Of a stretch of DNA of 64,000 nucleotides, positions 40,609 to 54,325 are shown piece after piece. How positions within the stretch are numbered: position 1 is the first letter of the stretch; every line of letters begins with the position of its first letter. Source of the stretch: the human T2T-CHM13v2.0 reference genome, Homo sapiens; the NCBI RefSeq assembly GCF_009914755.1, contig NC_060945.1; one strand, written 5' to 3'. The notes under the pieces are model-generated. The model had not been told where the DNA came from. It did no database searches and was given only the letters and a program-made list of their open reading frames with translations. Position numbers and translations under genes: made by a program.

Positions 40609-41928
40609 TCACTGACTATTCTAAGTGTTCCAGGAGCTAACGTGCACAAAACTCCCGTGGCAGAAACTATTGGCTGAAACTGCAAAGTTCCCAGGGGGAC
40701 TCGATCCTCTTGGGTGGATCTTCTTCGAGTTTACTTCAATGACAAGATCCACGTCCTCCATGAACCCCGTGTTTTCTTCAAATAAAGTCCTGCAGGCCCA
40801 CGTGGCTGCCTGGGCTGCTGGCAGCAGCCTCTTAGCTCCCGCTGCACTGGGTTTTCTCTTGGAGGTTGCACCCCTTGCCGTGACTGTGTTTCATCTCGCC
40901 TGTTCCTGGCATTGCCTCTGACAGCTGGACTTACTGAGAGACCAGGCCCCAGATGAAAATTCTCAGCACGGCCCCACCATGCTCCCTGGCCCAACCCAGG
41001 CTGGAGTAAGACAGTCAGACATTTCTTCTCTGCTTAGTATTCATCTTTCTTTCCCCAGTTATCTGTATTTACTTTGAAAATCATTTCCTCTGTTTTACTC
41101 GGTTTGCCTTTGAGCCCAATTGCCTGCTCAGTTCCCTGTCCCTTCTGTTTATTTCTACTTCTCATTTTTCCCATTGATCAGATGCCCTGGAAATATAGCA
41201 GGAACAGTGTGTTCCCTGTAATATTTGGTTACACTTAATATTTCTCAGCAAAATGTAGCCTTGGAACACCAAGCGGTAAAAATCCAGGCCTGCTCTGCTT
41301 ACACTGGACATCGGCTTCAGCACAGGCTCCGATTCATTTCGGATCTATTCCCTCCTTAAAGGGGAGTCACACCCAGCCTACAGCAGGAAGGTGCCTCAGC
41401 AGGCGAACTGCCAAGCATGTGCACAGAAAGCTGTTTCCTCAAATAAGTGCACGGCTATAACACAGTAGGTGCTTGACTGAATAAAGATACGGCACCCTGT
41501 GAAAGTGCCAGATGAATATGCTGTCGAATCCCACAACTCTTCCGTAAACACAGTTTTTCTAGATCAGCCTTTGCCATCAGGGCTACTAATCCTAATTTTC
41601 CCTGATGCCACTTTATGATTATGTGACTCAAACTGAGAACTAATGAAACTCTTTCGTGCCACAGTCGTCCTTACAGGCCCCTTTGGTGAGCGGATGAAAG
41701 CTATGCAACTTTTCTCCAGAACTGCCTTGCCTGCCTCACAGAATATTCTGAATGTTCTGGGCACTAATGTGGATGAAACTCATTACTTAGGAATGCATTT
41801 GCCAGAGACTATTGGCTTAAACCGCAGTCTCTGAGGGGACCCAGTCCTCCTGGGTGGCTCTTCTCTGTGTTTGCTTCAGTGATAGAATCCTCTTTCTACA
41901 TGAACCCTGTGTTTTCTTTAGAATACAA
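40609..41928. repeat. Old dispersed direct repeat: 40609-40786 and 41736-41928
   Basis: Shared blocks 'tattct..tgtt', 'cag(a/g)actattggct', 'tgggtgg.tcttct', 'catgaaccc.gtgttttctt'; roughly 70-75% identical by eye. Confidence 0.85.
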
Positions 41929-44689
41929 TATTTAGTTAACCCTCAGCAGGGTCCCACCCACGAAACCCATGGTTTCAAACTTAAGAACCAGTCTCTACCT
42001 TCTTGGTTTAGAAAATACCACTAGGAAATACCGTGAGTGAAGCATTGTTTAGTTACGGTAACAGAAATCAACAGCAACACAACAACACAAACTCTTACTC
42101 AAACCCATCAACAGTTCCCACCCAAAGTTTCTCTTTGGGCATAAAGATATATTTTCTTGTGTGGCTTTAAAAAGCCAGGAATATGTATATGACAAAGAAA
42201 GACACTGAAAAGCAAGAGATGAGGAAACAAATTGAAAACCAAGGTTTTTGAGGAAGCGTATCCTCACCTCTCACCTAACGGAACAGGGTTAATAAGTGGC
42301 CCATCAGCACTGAGAAAGTTATAGGGGCAGCTCTGAACTAAAGTCTCAAATATAGTATGATGTGAACGTGACCATACACGCCCCAGGTAGAGTTCTGGCA
42401 GCAACCCGCTAGACCACAGACCCCTCGCAGCAACCAGATCTTTGTCTTGGTCCTGTTCTCTTCCACTAGGTTGAAGAGTATTCAGTTCTGTGTATCTGTA
42501 TCACTACCCCTACCCCAGCCTTCTAAGGAGGTGGGACACTTCATCTGCTGAGCCAGCAACTAGACCTTCATCATGACGTGTGGGGAGGGGGCTGATGGAG
42601 CTCCCAAGTTTTGCTCAGAAAAAGGGAGTGGGTAAGGGATGAATGGGAGAGAGAACCACTCAAGGTGAAAAGAGTGGAGGATGGGAAACCTGCATACAGA
42701 GACAGGAGCGAGGGAAGCCATGGAGAGGATTTCTTAAATTAAAGCTCCCCTTTACTTGGGCTTCTAGAAGCCTCCATGTCATTTAAAGTGATTAGAACTG
42801 GAGAGAGAAAGACACAAAGTGGCCAGATAGTCAAAATGTCAAATTCTTCTGAACTATGCCGTTATCTGCAACTGAGATATTTTCACTTCTGTGCTGCTTG
42901 GAGGATGCAGATAAAATCCACCCACTTTATCTGGTAAGAGGTCCCAGTCCTCTTCATGGCTGAAAAGAATCAGCACCATACACACGTGTGGATTTCTCTT
43001 CCTTTCCTCTCCATCTGAGCAAGGCAGGAACTCATGGTTTAAGCAAGAGAAAGAAACAAAGTGAGAAATGAAGAATCATGGGCAGTGTGGGGCAGGTGTG
43101 GAGGGATGCAGTTTATACACAGAGAAGATTTGCAGACCCAGGACCCAGGGTCAAGGAAGAGCACGTCTTTCCCCAGCTCTTCTGCCTCTCCACTCACCAT
43201 GGCAGGGGAGAGATTTTCCACAGAGACGAGCCCATAATGGAGGCAATAACCCTCTCCAGCGCAGGACTCTGCACCTCCAAGGCACCCTTTCTGATCATCT
43301 CAGAGGGAGAAAAGCCAAGCCCTTTTCTTTTCACATCCTCCTGTCTTTCATCCCCTCTGTGCCTTGATTTCAAAGCCTTTCTGAAACAAATGTGAAGTTG
43401 AAAGGATAGACTTCAATTATTTTATTTTGTAAAGGTTAAAAAGGTTCTTGTAAATGACTGATGCAAATACTGGAAACCCAGTTAAAACAACTGGATACCA
43501 GATGGCAAAGGAGAGTGGTTTACTGTAAAGTGTTATGGAGTAGGAGCTCATTTACAAGAAGCAATTACACAAACAGCCCTGAGCATCCAAGATCCCATAA
43601 AAGAGTGGCTGGGGTGAAAGTGCAGGATTGGCTGAGCACGTATGATTTCCACATCCCAATGTGAACTGTGCAATTGTTATCTTACCTGTTGCCCTTCCAC
43701 TGGGCTACGATTCTAAGTCTAGGCTGGCCTGCCAAGAAGCACAGTCACAGCCCTAAACAGAGATGCTTGCACTTTCTCCATCACTTAGTGGCCTAGGGGA
43801 GTTTCCTCATAGGAGAACTTTAACAATACAAGGAGTGTAGGCAGCTGGCATCATTGTATTGAAGCCTGGGGAACTTGGTTTTTATCTCAGGTCAAGAGAA
43901 CAGGAGAAAATCCCTTTACAATCTGGATGCCTTTTTTCTCTCATTATAATAAATTGAGAATGAGCACAATACACTTTACTGTCCATGTTCAATCCTAGGT
44001 ATGCTCTTGCATGCATGTAGACACTGTATGCAAATCACAAAAGCAAATCATGAAGCTGTAGCTGAGAATTTGACATTGTAGTTTCTTGCTCTACACACCC
44101 ATCAGGTCTGGGCTGACCTGGCTGCCCTCCTCCATGTTAAACCTCCTGGTGCCCATTTCAGTGCCCTGAGGCCAAGTCTCTGCCTCCAAGTGCCATGACC
44201 TCCCCAAGGTCAGCCTTCTGGTTTATCTTACCTTGGCTAGACCGGGTAAACCTTTACATCTGGTAATCAACTTGACTGTGATCTGTGCTGGGAAGAGACC
44301 ATGCACTCACTCCAGAACACAATCACAGGGCAGGTGGTAACATGTGCTTTTGGGGAGGCTTTCTATAAACCCATACATATCCCAGGCATTACTCTTTTTT
44401 ATCAGAGCCTTTTCTGGGGGGAAATTACAGTCAAGAATGTAAGTTTCACCTTGCCAAGGCAGTGAGAAAAATACTTGTGTGCAGGTGGGACTTCCAGGGC
44501 CTGGAAATCACAGTAACCATTCTCATGGCCAGTCAAGATATTTTGATCCTGGAGAAAGCAGGATTAGAAACCAGACCACCATACTGATACACCCTAGGAT
44601 GTCCTGCAGCCCCTGGTCCAACAGAGAGGGCCTCCCTCAAGACATACTGAAATGGAGCTGGCAGATCAGAACCTAATGGAATACACCTG

Positions 44690-45155
44690 AAAAAAAGCAT
44701 CTGACCCTCAAATGTTTATCAATTGATTAATGAATACACAAATGCAGTCTAATTGATTAATGAATACACAAATGCAGTCTATCAATGCAGTGGAATAGTA
44801 TTTAGCAATAAAGGAAAGTAGGACTATTTTATGCTACAACATGGATAAATCTGGAAAATGTGATGCTCGATGAAAGAAATCAGAAACAAAGGATTTGCAT
44901 ATTATATAATTCTGTGCATGTGAAATGTCTAGAATAGGCCAACCTATAGAAAAAGGAAGTAGATCAATGCTTATCAGGTGCAAGGCAGGGATGGGAATGA
45001 CCGCTCATAGTATGGGGTCTGTTTCAAAGGTGACAAAAATATTCTGGAATTAAATAATTGTGGTCATTGAACAACTTTGAAAATATACCAAAAAACACTG
45101 GATTATATAAGGATAAATTTATGGAATGTGAATTCTATCTCAATAAATCAAAAAG
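44690..45155 (+). mobile_element. L1MB/ME-type 3' end
   Basis: 'caacatggataaatctggaaaa...gaaagaaatcaga', 'atgtgaattctatctcaataaa'. Confidence 0.8.
44721..44780. repeat. Perfect 30-bp tandem duplication
   Basis: aattgattaatgaatacacaaatgcagtct x2. Confidence 0.98.
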
Positions 45156-48100
45156 CATGGGATGATTCTGCATCCCAGCAGGGAATGACTCCTACTCTCA
45201 TTTTGGGGACAACCACAGTAGAATGCTGTGTCTCGTAAGTTTCACAAACACCTTCCTAAAATTTTTATGGTAGATTTAGCGCTGGAGTTAAAGCTGATTT
45301 ACATGAGTATCTTTTCTTCTTCTGAGGAGACACATCCCTGGGTAATGTAAAGCCAGATTCAAATTCCTGTTCTATGTTCTGTGGGAGTTGGGGGTTGAGG
45401 GGTATCAAGGACCCTAGTTTGAAGCCAGTCACAGTTTGCTGAAGTTCTGAGCTTCCTCAGCACAAAGACCCATAATCTAATTTCAACTAGATCTCCTCTG
45501 TTCTCAGAGCCTGTGGAGTCCCCTCTATCCTCTCCCTCCTCTCCCATCTCTCTGAGCTCCAGTTTGTGAGGATCTCAGGAGCTTGTGGAAGTCATCCCTC
45601 CTTCCTTATTTTACCCTCTTCCCTAAGGCAACAGGCTGAGTCCACGTCCTCAACAAGTGTGGTCATTCCTATGATCTGCCTCTCCTCCTGCTTTCACCAA
45701 ACCTCCCAGGCCTATTAAGTTGCCCCTGACCTCCTTGCACTGAGATCCATCCACTCATCCCCTCCTTCATTCAACTAATATGTACTGAGCGCTGGCTATG
45801 TGCTGGGCACTGTGCCAGGAGCTGGGAATACAGTGGTGGATGGGGCACTCAAGGTAAAGCTGGCAATACTCAAGGAAACCAAGCCATCAGATGGAAGTTT
45901 CCACCAATCAGCCCACAATGAGCCCTTAAGCCCAGCAGTCTGCACTCCTAGAAGGAGAATACTTAGATTACTTCCTTTTTCTCACTGTAGTTAAACTTCC
46001 AAGGGCTCTCTTGCCCTCCCAGACACGTGGTGAATTCCATCTTCTTGCCATTTCCAATGGGTTGGAGCCATGCGGCTAGTCCTTCCAATCCCTTGCTGCA
46101 GCAGTTATAGAAAAGGTCTTGTGTTGACATGGCCAAGCCCCAAGATCGAAGCAACCTGTATTACTAGGTTGTAACTCAGAAGAAAGTTGCCTCGAGGAGT
46201 TTCTTAAAGCTGTAACAGACTCAGCCTGAGTGAGAAATAAACCTTTGTGGTATCAAGCCACTGAGATGGTGGATGTGTTTATTTATAACAGCATGCCCAG
46301 GTTTACTCTAGCTAGTGCATCCACTGAGAAAACAAGGTTCTAAGTTGCATATAAGCCCTCCAGAATATTTTCTGGACCGTTCTCGCAGAAGAGCAAGTCA
46401 TAGACCACAGCAATGGTCTGTAATTAAGAAGGAAAAGAGAAGAGTGCAGATTGATCGTATTTCATATCAAATTGTGCTTAAATTATATAAACAATCAGTT
46501 ACATAAATGGAATTGCAATGGCAAATGTTTTGATAATCAAAGTCTGTGCCACTGGTCATTCAAAATGTGTTTCTGTTTCTTTAAGTGCTTACTTGGGGGA
46601 TGCCAGATGAATTCGGGGGCTTCTTGGAGTGATTTCTCATCCCAGAGATGTTTTTGTAGCTATACTTTGGCCCTCCAAATGTTCACATTTGATATACGCC
46701 ACTCAAAAATAGCTACCAATGGAAGGCATGACCTTGGGCTGACAATTTATTTAGGAACCAGCAAGGCCAGGCTGTCCTATGTCTTTTTAGGTTATTCTCT
46801 GCGTTGATTCCGGTCAATAGCCTGTTTTAAGAAAAGCTTAGGCCAGATTTAAAAAAAAAGAAAATCTGCCTTCCCTTGAGTAAACACGGTAACCTGACAG
46901 CTCCAGTGGGTAAATAATGCACTTTTTAAAAGCCTTTCCAAATAGGTCTTTATCCAGCAAGCTGCTTTTATAAGCTACCACTCTTCCTAATATCTATTTA
47001 TTCAAAACTTCTTAAAAAATGATAGACATCTATTGAATCTGAATTTTCTGGATTTTCTTTTTTTTTTTTAATTTTAAAGAAGAAATGTATTTTTTCCCTT
47101 CTGGTTAGAGAAAAAGTTTTTCTTGAAATATGATCCTCTCAGATAAATAATGGCAATAAAAGTAAATGGAAAGTGGGAAAGAACATGGTTTCTTAGTGCA
47201 GTGTGCAGCACTTTCTAATTGGAAAAGGCTAAAAGGGAGTTTTCCTTGGAGGCCTCCCATCTGACTTGAGACCAAGCAAAACAGTGATTTGCTTATGAGC
47301 ATTGAGGTCTCTGTTTCCCTTGTTAAAAGGGAAGCTAAGAATGGAAGAAATGTACTAAGTTATAAACCTGTATTATGGCAATGATTTGTGTGGATATTTC
47401 ATACATTATGGTGAGATATAGAAATTATAGAATACAATGAGCAGTAAAGACCTTTGAAGTCACCACTCAACCCCAGGTGGAAACCGAGTCTCTCACTACT
47501 GAGTCTTGCTGAAGATCACAGCCACCTTCAGCCCACATTTTTTACTCTTGCTAGCATAGTACTCTGCTCATGTTGAAACACTCTATTTTTCCACTTAAAA
47601 AGAAATCTATCCAGCTTAGCTGAGTTTTTCTGGAATTTTAAGGAATTTATGCACCTGTCACAGGAAGGTTTGGGTTTGCTGATGGCTTTAAAAGCCAGAG
47701 CTTTGGTAGTTTAGGCCCTCCTGAGGTCCTGAGGTCCTGTTACCTCATCAGTCATCAAAAATGGTTATTGTTGCTCTTTTCAAGGGTCTTCTCATTTCCT
47801 TAATAAGAAATAATAATTCAGTAATGTTTTCATAATTACTATGAAAATATTGTATTGTAGATAAAAGCAAGAGCAAGACTGGCCTATAACTTAACAGTAG
47901 CAGTATTTCTGCAAGAGTATGACTGTCCTGTGATTTAACAGTCTCACCATTTCCTCTGCCTCTCTCTTTCCTTCCCTCCCACTCCCATTCTCATTTCCTT
48001 GCTACTTTTGCCTTTTCATTTTACATTTTTGTTCATGTATGATATACATGCAGATAAAGCACACAGCTCAAGAAAACAACATGAGCAGCACCCACAAAAG

Positions 48101-48564
48101 CCCACTGGGGCAGCCATAACACCATAGATCGCTTTTCCTGTTTTTCTTTTGATAGAAATGGAATCTTCTAATGTACAGCTTTTGTGTCTGACTTCTGTCC
48201 CTCACGCTTATGCTAGTGAGATTCATCTGTTGTAGCATGTATTGTTTTTTTTTTCCATTTTAAAATCCATTCCCTCCCCATCTGGGGTAAATTTACCTCC
48301 ATCTTTCTGACTGGTACTACTCCTCTTCTCCTTTGTGTCTTAGATTTTATTGCCCTATTCTGACTTATTTTCTTTGCCGAGTCAGACATGTCATTTGGAC
48401 TAGAGCAGTGGAGACAGCACACTGTTCCTGAAATGTGCAGGTGAATACCTCTCCTCCAGGATCCACCCAATGGATACACCTGCAGCTGGCCACATATGCA
48501 GGCGATCTATGATACTATGAAAGGCCCCGTCTAAAGTGCTTTTACAAGAGAGGATGTCGGCATC

Positions 48565-48987
48565 TGTGATGGTTAATTTTATGTGTCAACTTGGCTAGGG
48601 TATGGTGCCCAGATATTTGGTCAAACGTTATTCTAGATGTTTCTGTGAAGATTTTTTTCGATGAGATTAACATTTAAACAGGCAGACTTTGAGTAAGGCA
48701 GATTTTCCTCCATAATGGGGGTGGGCCTTATCCAGTCACTTGAAGTTCTTAATAGAAAAAAGACTGACCTCACCCAAGCAAGAAGGAATTCTGCCAGCAT
48801 ATTGCCTTTGGATTTAAACTGCAATCCTTCTTGGGTTTCCTGCCTACCACCCTATCCTGCAGATTTTGCACTTGCTAGCCTCTACTGTCCCATGGACCAA
48901 TTCCTTCAAATTAATCTCTCTTTTGTCCTCTCTCTACATATGCACATCCTGTTGGTTCTATATCTCTGCAGAACTCTGACTAATACA
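48565..48987 (+). mobile_element. MLT2D-type LTR
   Basis: 'tgtgatggttaattttatgtgtcaacttggctagg...gaactctgactaataca'. Confidence 0.9.
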
Positions 48988-49144
48988 GCACTTCTACCCA
49001 CTCCCAAGCCCATGGAAGACCTTGTTTATTGGCCAAGACACTCTTTCCAGATGAGCCTTCAGAATCCTCCTCCACTCAGTCCTCCAGATATCCATGGCCT
49101 GTCAATAAGCAAGTTGAAACATCCTTGCTATCCTTGCACGAGAG

Positions 49145-49368
49145 CAATGGTTCTCAAGAGGGAGAGGGTGATTTTGCCCGCCAGGGGATGTTTGGCATTG
49201 TCCAGAGACATTTCTGTTGTCACAAATGGGGGAGAGGGAGTGCTGTTGGCTTCTAGTGGGAAGAGATCAGAGAAGCTGCTAAACATCCTATAAGGCACAG
49301 GACAGTCTCCCATTAACAAAGAATTACCCAGCCCCAAGTGTCAGTAGTACGAAGGTTGAGAAGCATTG
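49145..49368 (+). mobile_element. MER20 MITE
   Basis: TIRs caatggttctcaa / ttgagaagcattg; 'gctgctaaacatcctata...aaagaattacccagccc'. Confidence 0.9.
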
Positions 49369-51549
49369 AATTAGAGATTCACTCAGACTCAACTATTGAA
49401 AGACAAACATCTCTTGGATGAGAGGTATCTTAGTCTCTATCACAGCAATTCTATATGATTTAGAGAGAGCTGCTTCTCAGTAAATAACCTGAGAAATTAT
49501 TTTGAAATTCTGACATAATGTGGATGTAGCATAACCTTTTATTTTACCCTGTGTGTGTGGAGCTATTGCTTTTAGCCTTGTCTTCTCTTAATTCCTTTCA
49601 AAATTGAGTCTCCTTTTACTTTTCATATACTTGAGCATGGACACTTTCTTTCTAACACACCAAAATCTAGGCCACAAAATACTTACCGGAGTCAACAAAT
49701 CCCCTTGACCAAACATGCTATAGATCATGCCCAGGACATGCTACAGATCCTGGGAAAGAGGAGATTGGAGGAAATTGATAAATGGCAGTTTCCTCTGCTC
49801 TGCCATCAACAATAACAAAATGCGTCAGAAGAGCAGAATAAAGTAGTCAATACGGACTTCCCTCACTCCTGGCAAACAAAGGGCTTTCTAACAGAGGTTC
49901 TCCCAGCTCAGCATTCACCATTGGTTTGGGTAACTGCATAGGAGGTCTCCCTAAAGATGTGAAGCATTTAGCACTTGGTAGAGGAAACCCTGACCACGGG
50001 CTTGTGAGATGAGGCTTATATCTTTCAAGGATGTACTGAAATGATTGCTACGAGTTTTCATAAAAACTTTCACCTGCTATATTCTCTAAGGCACAGTACA
50101 AAAATGAAGTCTTCATAGTAGATAATTTGCTGGATTAAAAAAACAAATTTTAAGTACAATGTAAGTTAATAATTTAATGTATTCATGACATAGGACATGC
50201 AATGTATGCAGAAAAGAGGTGTAAGTTAGGGGAGAGTGTAAATTAATGTTTCATTAATATGGAATTTTACTGTATTTTAGAGCACAGTGTTAATGCCCAA
50301 TAACCAGAGTGGAAAGAAATGGGTAATTCTTTTCATAGTGAAAAATTTTCATAAGAAAACTATGTGAATTTTCTCTGGAGACACTAAAGGCAGAGAGAAA
50401 TGAAATAAGAATAAATCATCTTGGAAATTCATTAATGTTGCTGCAGAATATCAGAAAACCAACATGAGAAACTGACACATTCCAATTATTATAATTACAT
50501 TGGCTGTATTAGAGCAGTTCTTTAATCATGTTGCCAATGAGAAGAAAGTTGTTTACTTTTCAGTTTGGTAGTTTCAGAACTGTCAGTGATTAGCTAAATA
50601 AATAAATATGTAAGCAAATTAATTTTATCTCTTCCTATTATAGTTAAGCAGCTGGTCAATTATCTTCAATAAGTTTTCTTTCTAAAAGCCACACATAAGA
50701 AAGGAAGGTCAACAGATCCAGCATTTTGGCTTGAATTTCAAGACCCGGTTGGCAGTATTTCAGATGTCCTTAAGCCTTGATGACCAAGATACCTAATGAA
50801 TGAAGCATAGCATAGCAGAGCTCTTGGTTTTGAATCACAATTGCGTTGCACGTGGTTCATGGGAAAAAATTAAAATATCATTCCCTTTTTCCCAACATAT
50901 GCCTAAGAATGTCCTAAAATTGTGCAGCTGCTTCGTGCTCCAGTAATACACATGATAATAATGGTGAAATGAAGCATAGGTAGGAAGGTAAGATGAAGCT
51001 GAAGAGACAGAACAATGTGTCTGGATGTTGGATTATCTATGGACTCAGCTGATCCATGGACTAAGAAACAAACAATCAGGAAGTCACATCAGAAGATCTC
51101 AGCAGATACACATGCATGTGGTTAAGGCGAGGTCGGGATCTGGGCTGCCGCAGATGCAGTTGAGAAGGGCTGGCCGTGCTGGTTGGCTTCTGCTTTTTGT
51201 CATACAATACCACAGCTTGAATTAAACTCATCTTTTGCAGTGGGTCTGATGAACCTTGCTTATTGGCAAATTGGCATAGGCTGGCCTGCTCCTGTTGTAT
51301 TCACCATTTCCAGGAAGTCAACATGAAATTCATTAGACTGTTTTGCGTAGCCATGAAGTGTGTTCCCACACTAGCCAGTGTTATTTCCCCAAAATGACCA
51401 ACATGCTCTGGTGACCCAACTGGGAGCAGTGCCCTTTGTCGTATTAGGTGCTTCACGCTTTGGATTGGCACAGCACTCCCTTGATAGCCTAATTTCATTC
51501 AAGTGTATCCCTAAAATTCATCAAGTGAGTTAATGTTGTGGCCAAGATT

Positions 51550-51890
51550 TGACTTAAACTCTAGAGGAGTCAGATCTGGCTTCAGTTTTTCCTCTTCGAC
51601 CTCCAACATGTCCTTGCTCAGGTTACCTAACCCTGTGTCTAGTTCCCTCATCCATTACAGGGCATGATACTAGAATATTGATTGAGTACTTAGTGTGTGC
51701 TGGGTCCTATTGTTAGTAAATGCAGTACGTCATCTAATTCTTATAACAGCAACCCTGCAAGACAAGTACCATTATCACGCCATTTTATAGATAAAGAAAC
51801 AGAGGTCCAGCACCCCAGTGGAAAGTGGCAGAGCAGGCACTGGTAGCCAGGAGGTCTGGCCAAGGCCTGTGCTCTCACAAGTGTCTGACA
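51550..51890. mobile_element. Two MIR fragments in opposite orientations
   Basis: 'ggttacctaaccctgtgtctagttccctcatc' (+) then 'cattttatagataaagaaacagagg' (-). Confidence 0.6.
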
Positions 51891-52014
51891 CTGCCCCTCT
51901 CTAATTTCAGTACCGCTTTGCTTCTCACCAGGAAATTATTTTGACTCACACCAGCATCTGCCTCACAGTATTATTCTGAGGAGGAGATAAGCCAGTGCAC
52001 ACAGTGCACAGCTA

Positions 52015-52370
52015 ACGAATTCACATGTGGATTCGGCAAATGTTGATGGATGGCCCCTTGTGTGTCAGGCAGCGTTCTAGGTCCTGAGTATGTAAGACGA
52101 TCAGAGTGATTGCCCTCCTGGAGCTCGTAGCCTAGAAATAAGACAGACCACAGCCAGATAAATATGTCTTTAATAACACATCAGTAGTGCCGCGAAGCAA
52201 AAGAAAGCAGGGGCAGAAAGTGACAGTGTTGGGGGAGGAGAGGGAGCCCAGATGGATAGGGGAACAGAGGATGCTTCCAGTAGAGAGAAGAACTCTGTGA
52301 AGACATTACCTTTGAGCCAGGCCCTGACTGACAGGGAACGAAGCCATGTGAAGATCTGGGGGACATTATT
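52015..52370 (-). mobile_element. L2
   Basis: 'gtgtcaggcagcgttctagg...tgccctcctggagctc...gccatgtgaagatctgggg'. Confidence 0.7.
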
Positions 52371-53057
52371 TTTTATTTGTATAATAAAATTAATTATGTA
52401 CTAATTTCTTAGTTTAACCACAGAGAGTTCTTGTCCTCCTCCCCAACCAAGGGCATAATTTCTTACTCTTTCTCAAAACTCTAACAACAAGAGAAGAAAA
52501 TCTGAAAATGCAGATGGAAAAGAAAAAAAAAAAGCTCTTCTGAAAGGTAAGAAGAGGCTAGTTGCCACGAACTCTGGAGCTATCGTGAATGGAAAGAGAA
52601 CATTTCCATCTCCCGTTGATCACTATAATTCACAAATTCTCCTAAAAAACAGAAACCACAGTTGACTATGGTTTTGTTGGTTTCACTTAATTCCCTGACC
52701 CCTGACTCCTTGTGTAGCTAAAAGCATGTCATAATCACGGTAAATTCTACCTCTCTTTATTCCATTAGAGGGAACCCAGGCCATTTCAAACACCATCTTC
52801 CCATCCAATCTTGATTTTACAATGCTTTTCACTGAAGATTAGAGTTAATGCTTTTCTAAGAGGTTTGTCACAAAAGGGAGCTTAATTGGGGCTCATTTTT
52901 TCCATCCGCCCAGTTGTTCCATAGGCTTACTTTTGGAAAGTGTGTCTATCATGAATGATTCATGTTCTACAGGTGAGGATTATGAGTTTAGAGAACCAAG
53001 TCACCCAGGAAAGGGAAAGCTACCTTAGCTTCTGGGAGATAGAACCATAGCACTCAG

Positions 53058-53560
53058 TGCAGTGGGTTGAAGAGTGTTCCCCTAAAAGATGTGTACATGT
53101 CCTCACCTCCGATGCCTGTGAATGTGACCTTGTTTGGAAATCAGGTCTTTGAAGATGTAATTAAGGTAAGGAGCTCAGGATAAAATCATCCTGGATTAGG
53201 ATGGGCTCTGAACCTAATCACAAGCATCCTTCGAAGAGAAAGGAGAGGGAGGTTTGAGACACAGAGACACAAATGATAAAGCCATGTGAAGACAAAGGCA
53301 GAGATGGAGTCATTCAGCATCAAGTCAAGGATTGCCAATGAATGCCAAGCGATGCCATGCAATGCCAAGGATTGCCAGCAGACACCAGAAGCTCAGAGAG
53401 ATGCACGAAACAGATTCTCCCCAGAGCCTTCAGGAGCCAACCCTGCTGACTCATTGATTTCAGATCTCTGGCCTTCACAGTTGTGACAGAGTAAGTCTCT
53501 GTTGTTTGAAGATAGCAACTTTGTAACATTTTGATACAGCAGCCCTAGGGATCTAATGCA
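53058..53560 (+). mobile_element. MLT1C/D LTR
   Basis: 'cctgtgaatgtgaccttgtttggaaa...gatgtaattaagg...cagcagccctagg...taatgca'. Confidence 0.88.
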
Positions 53561-53665
53561 CTTGGTTTGAATCTTTAACATGAAATGAAAGAATAATAGT
53601 TAAGGGTCATTTAATTTCTTGGAGTAGTGAGGGATGTGACCCAGTGCCAGATAGGAATGTAAGTT

Positions 53666-53950
53666 TTTATTGTTTTGTTTTGTTTTGTTTTGAGATGGAG
53701 TCTAGCTCTGTCACCAGGGTGGGGTGCAATGGCGCGGTCTCGGCTCATTGCAACCTCTGCCTCCGCTTCAAGCAATTCTCCTGCCTCAGCCTCCCGAGTA
53801 GCTGGGACTACAGGGGCCCGCCACCGTGCCTGGCTAATTTTTTTTTTTTTGCATTTTTAGTATAGACGGGGTTTCACCAACCTGGCCACGCTGGTCTTGA
53901 ACTCCTGACTTCGTGATACACCCACCTCGGCCTCCCAAAGTGCTGGGATT
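53666..53950 (-). mobile_element. AluS, 5'-truncated
   Basis: (TTTTG)n tail and Alu body; TSD taggaat(g/a)taa(g/a)tttt. Confidence 0.95.
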
Positions 53951-54124
53951 AGGAATATAAATTTTATATGGAGTTTACTGGGAGAGAAAATGGCTGCAGT
54001 GGCTACTGTTTGTGTTTACATAGTACCCCATCTGCTTTAACCTCTCTTCTAGAGACAGACCCAGGTCACAGTCACAGAGACCCACAGTCTCAGTGGGAAG
54101 CTGAGATCACAACCAAGGCTCTAT

Positions 54125-54325
54125 GTTCTCAGTGGGAGCACAGTTGGTGCCGGATGTGGTCCCTCATGCTGTGGCCACCATTCTGTGCATTGCAGGGCCA
54201 ACAGCGCTCCTGTCCCTGCCACTAAAATATCGGTGCTTGGCCCCCAGTCATTGTGACAGATGAAAACACCAAGTATTTTCCAGTGTCCCGTAGGGGGAGC
54301 TGAATGGCCCTGGTTGAGAGCACTG
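54125..54325 (-). mobile_element. MER20-like MITE
   Basis: 'tctgtgcattgcagg...ccccagtcattgtgaca...ccctggttgagagcactg'. Confidence 0.55.

Noticed and set aside
43495-43512. CTCF-like accagatggca
   Set aside because: Partial match lacking the 5' CC; indistinguishable from a plain CAGATG E-box
48715-49293. 192-aa ORF
   Set aside because: Runs through an MLT2 LTR and MER20; chance open frame
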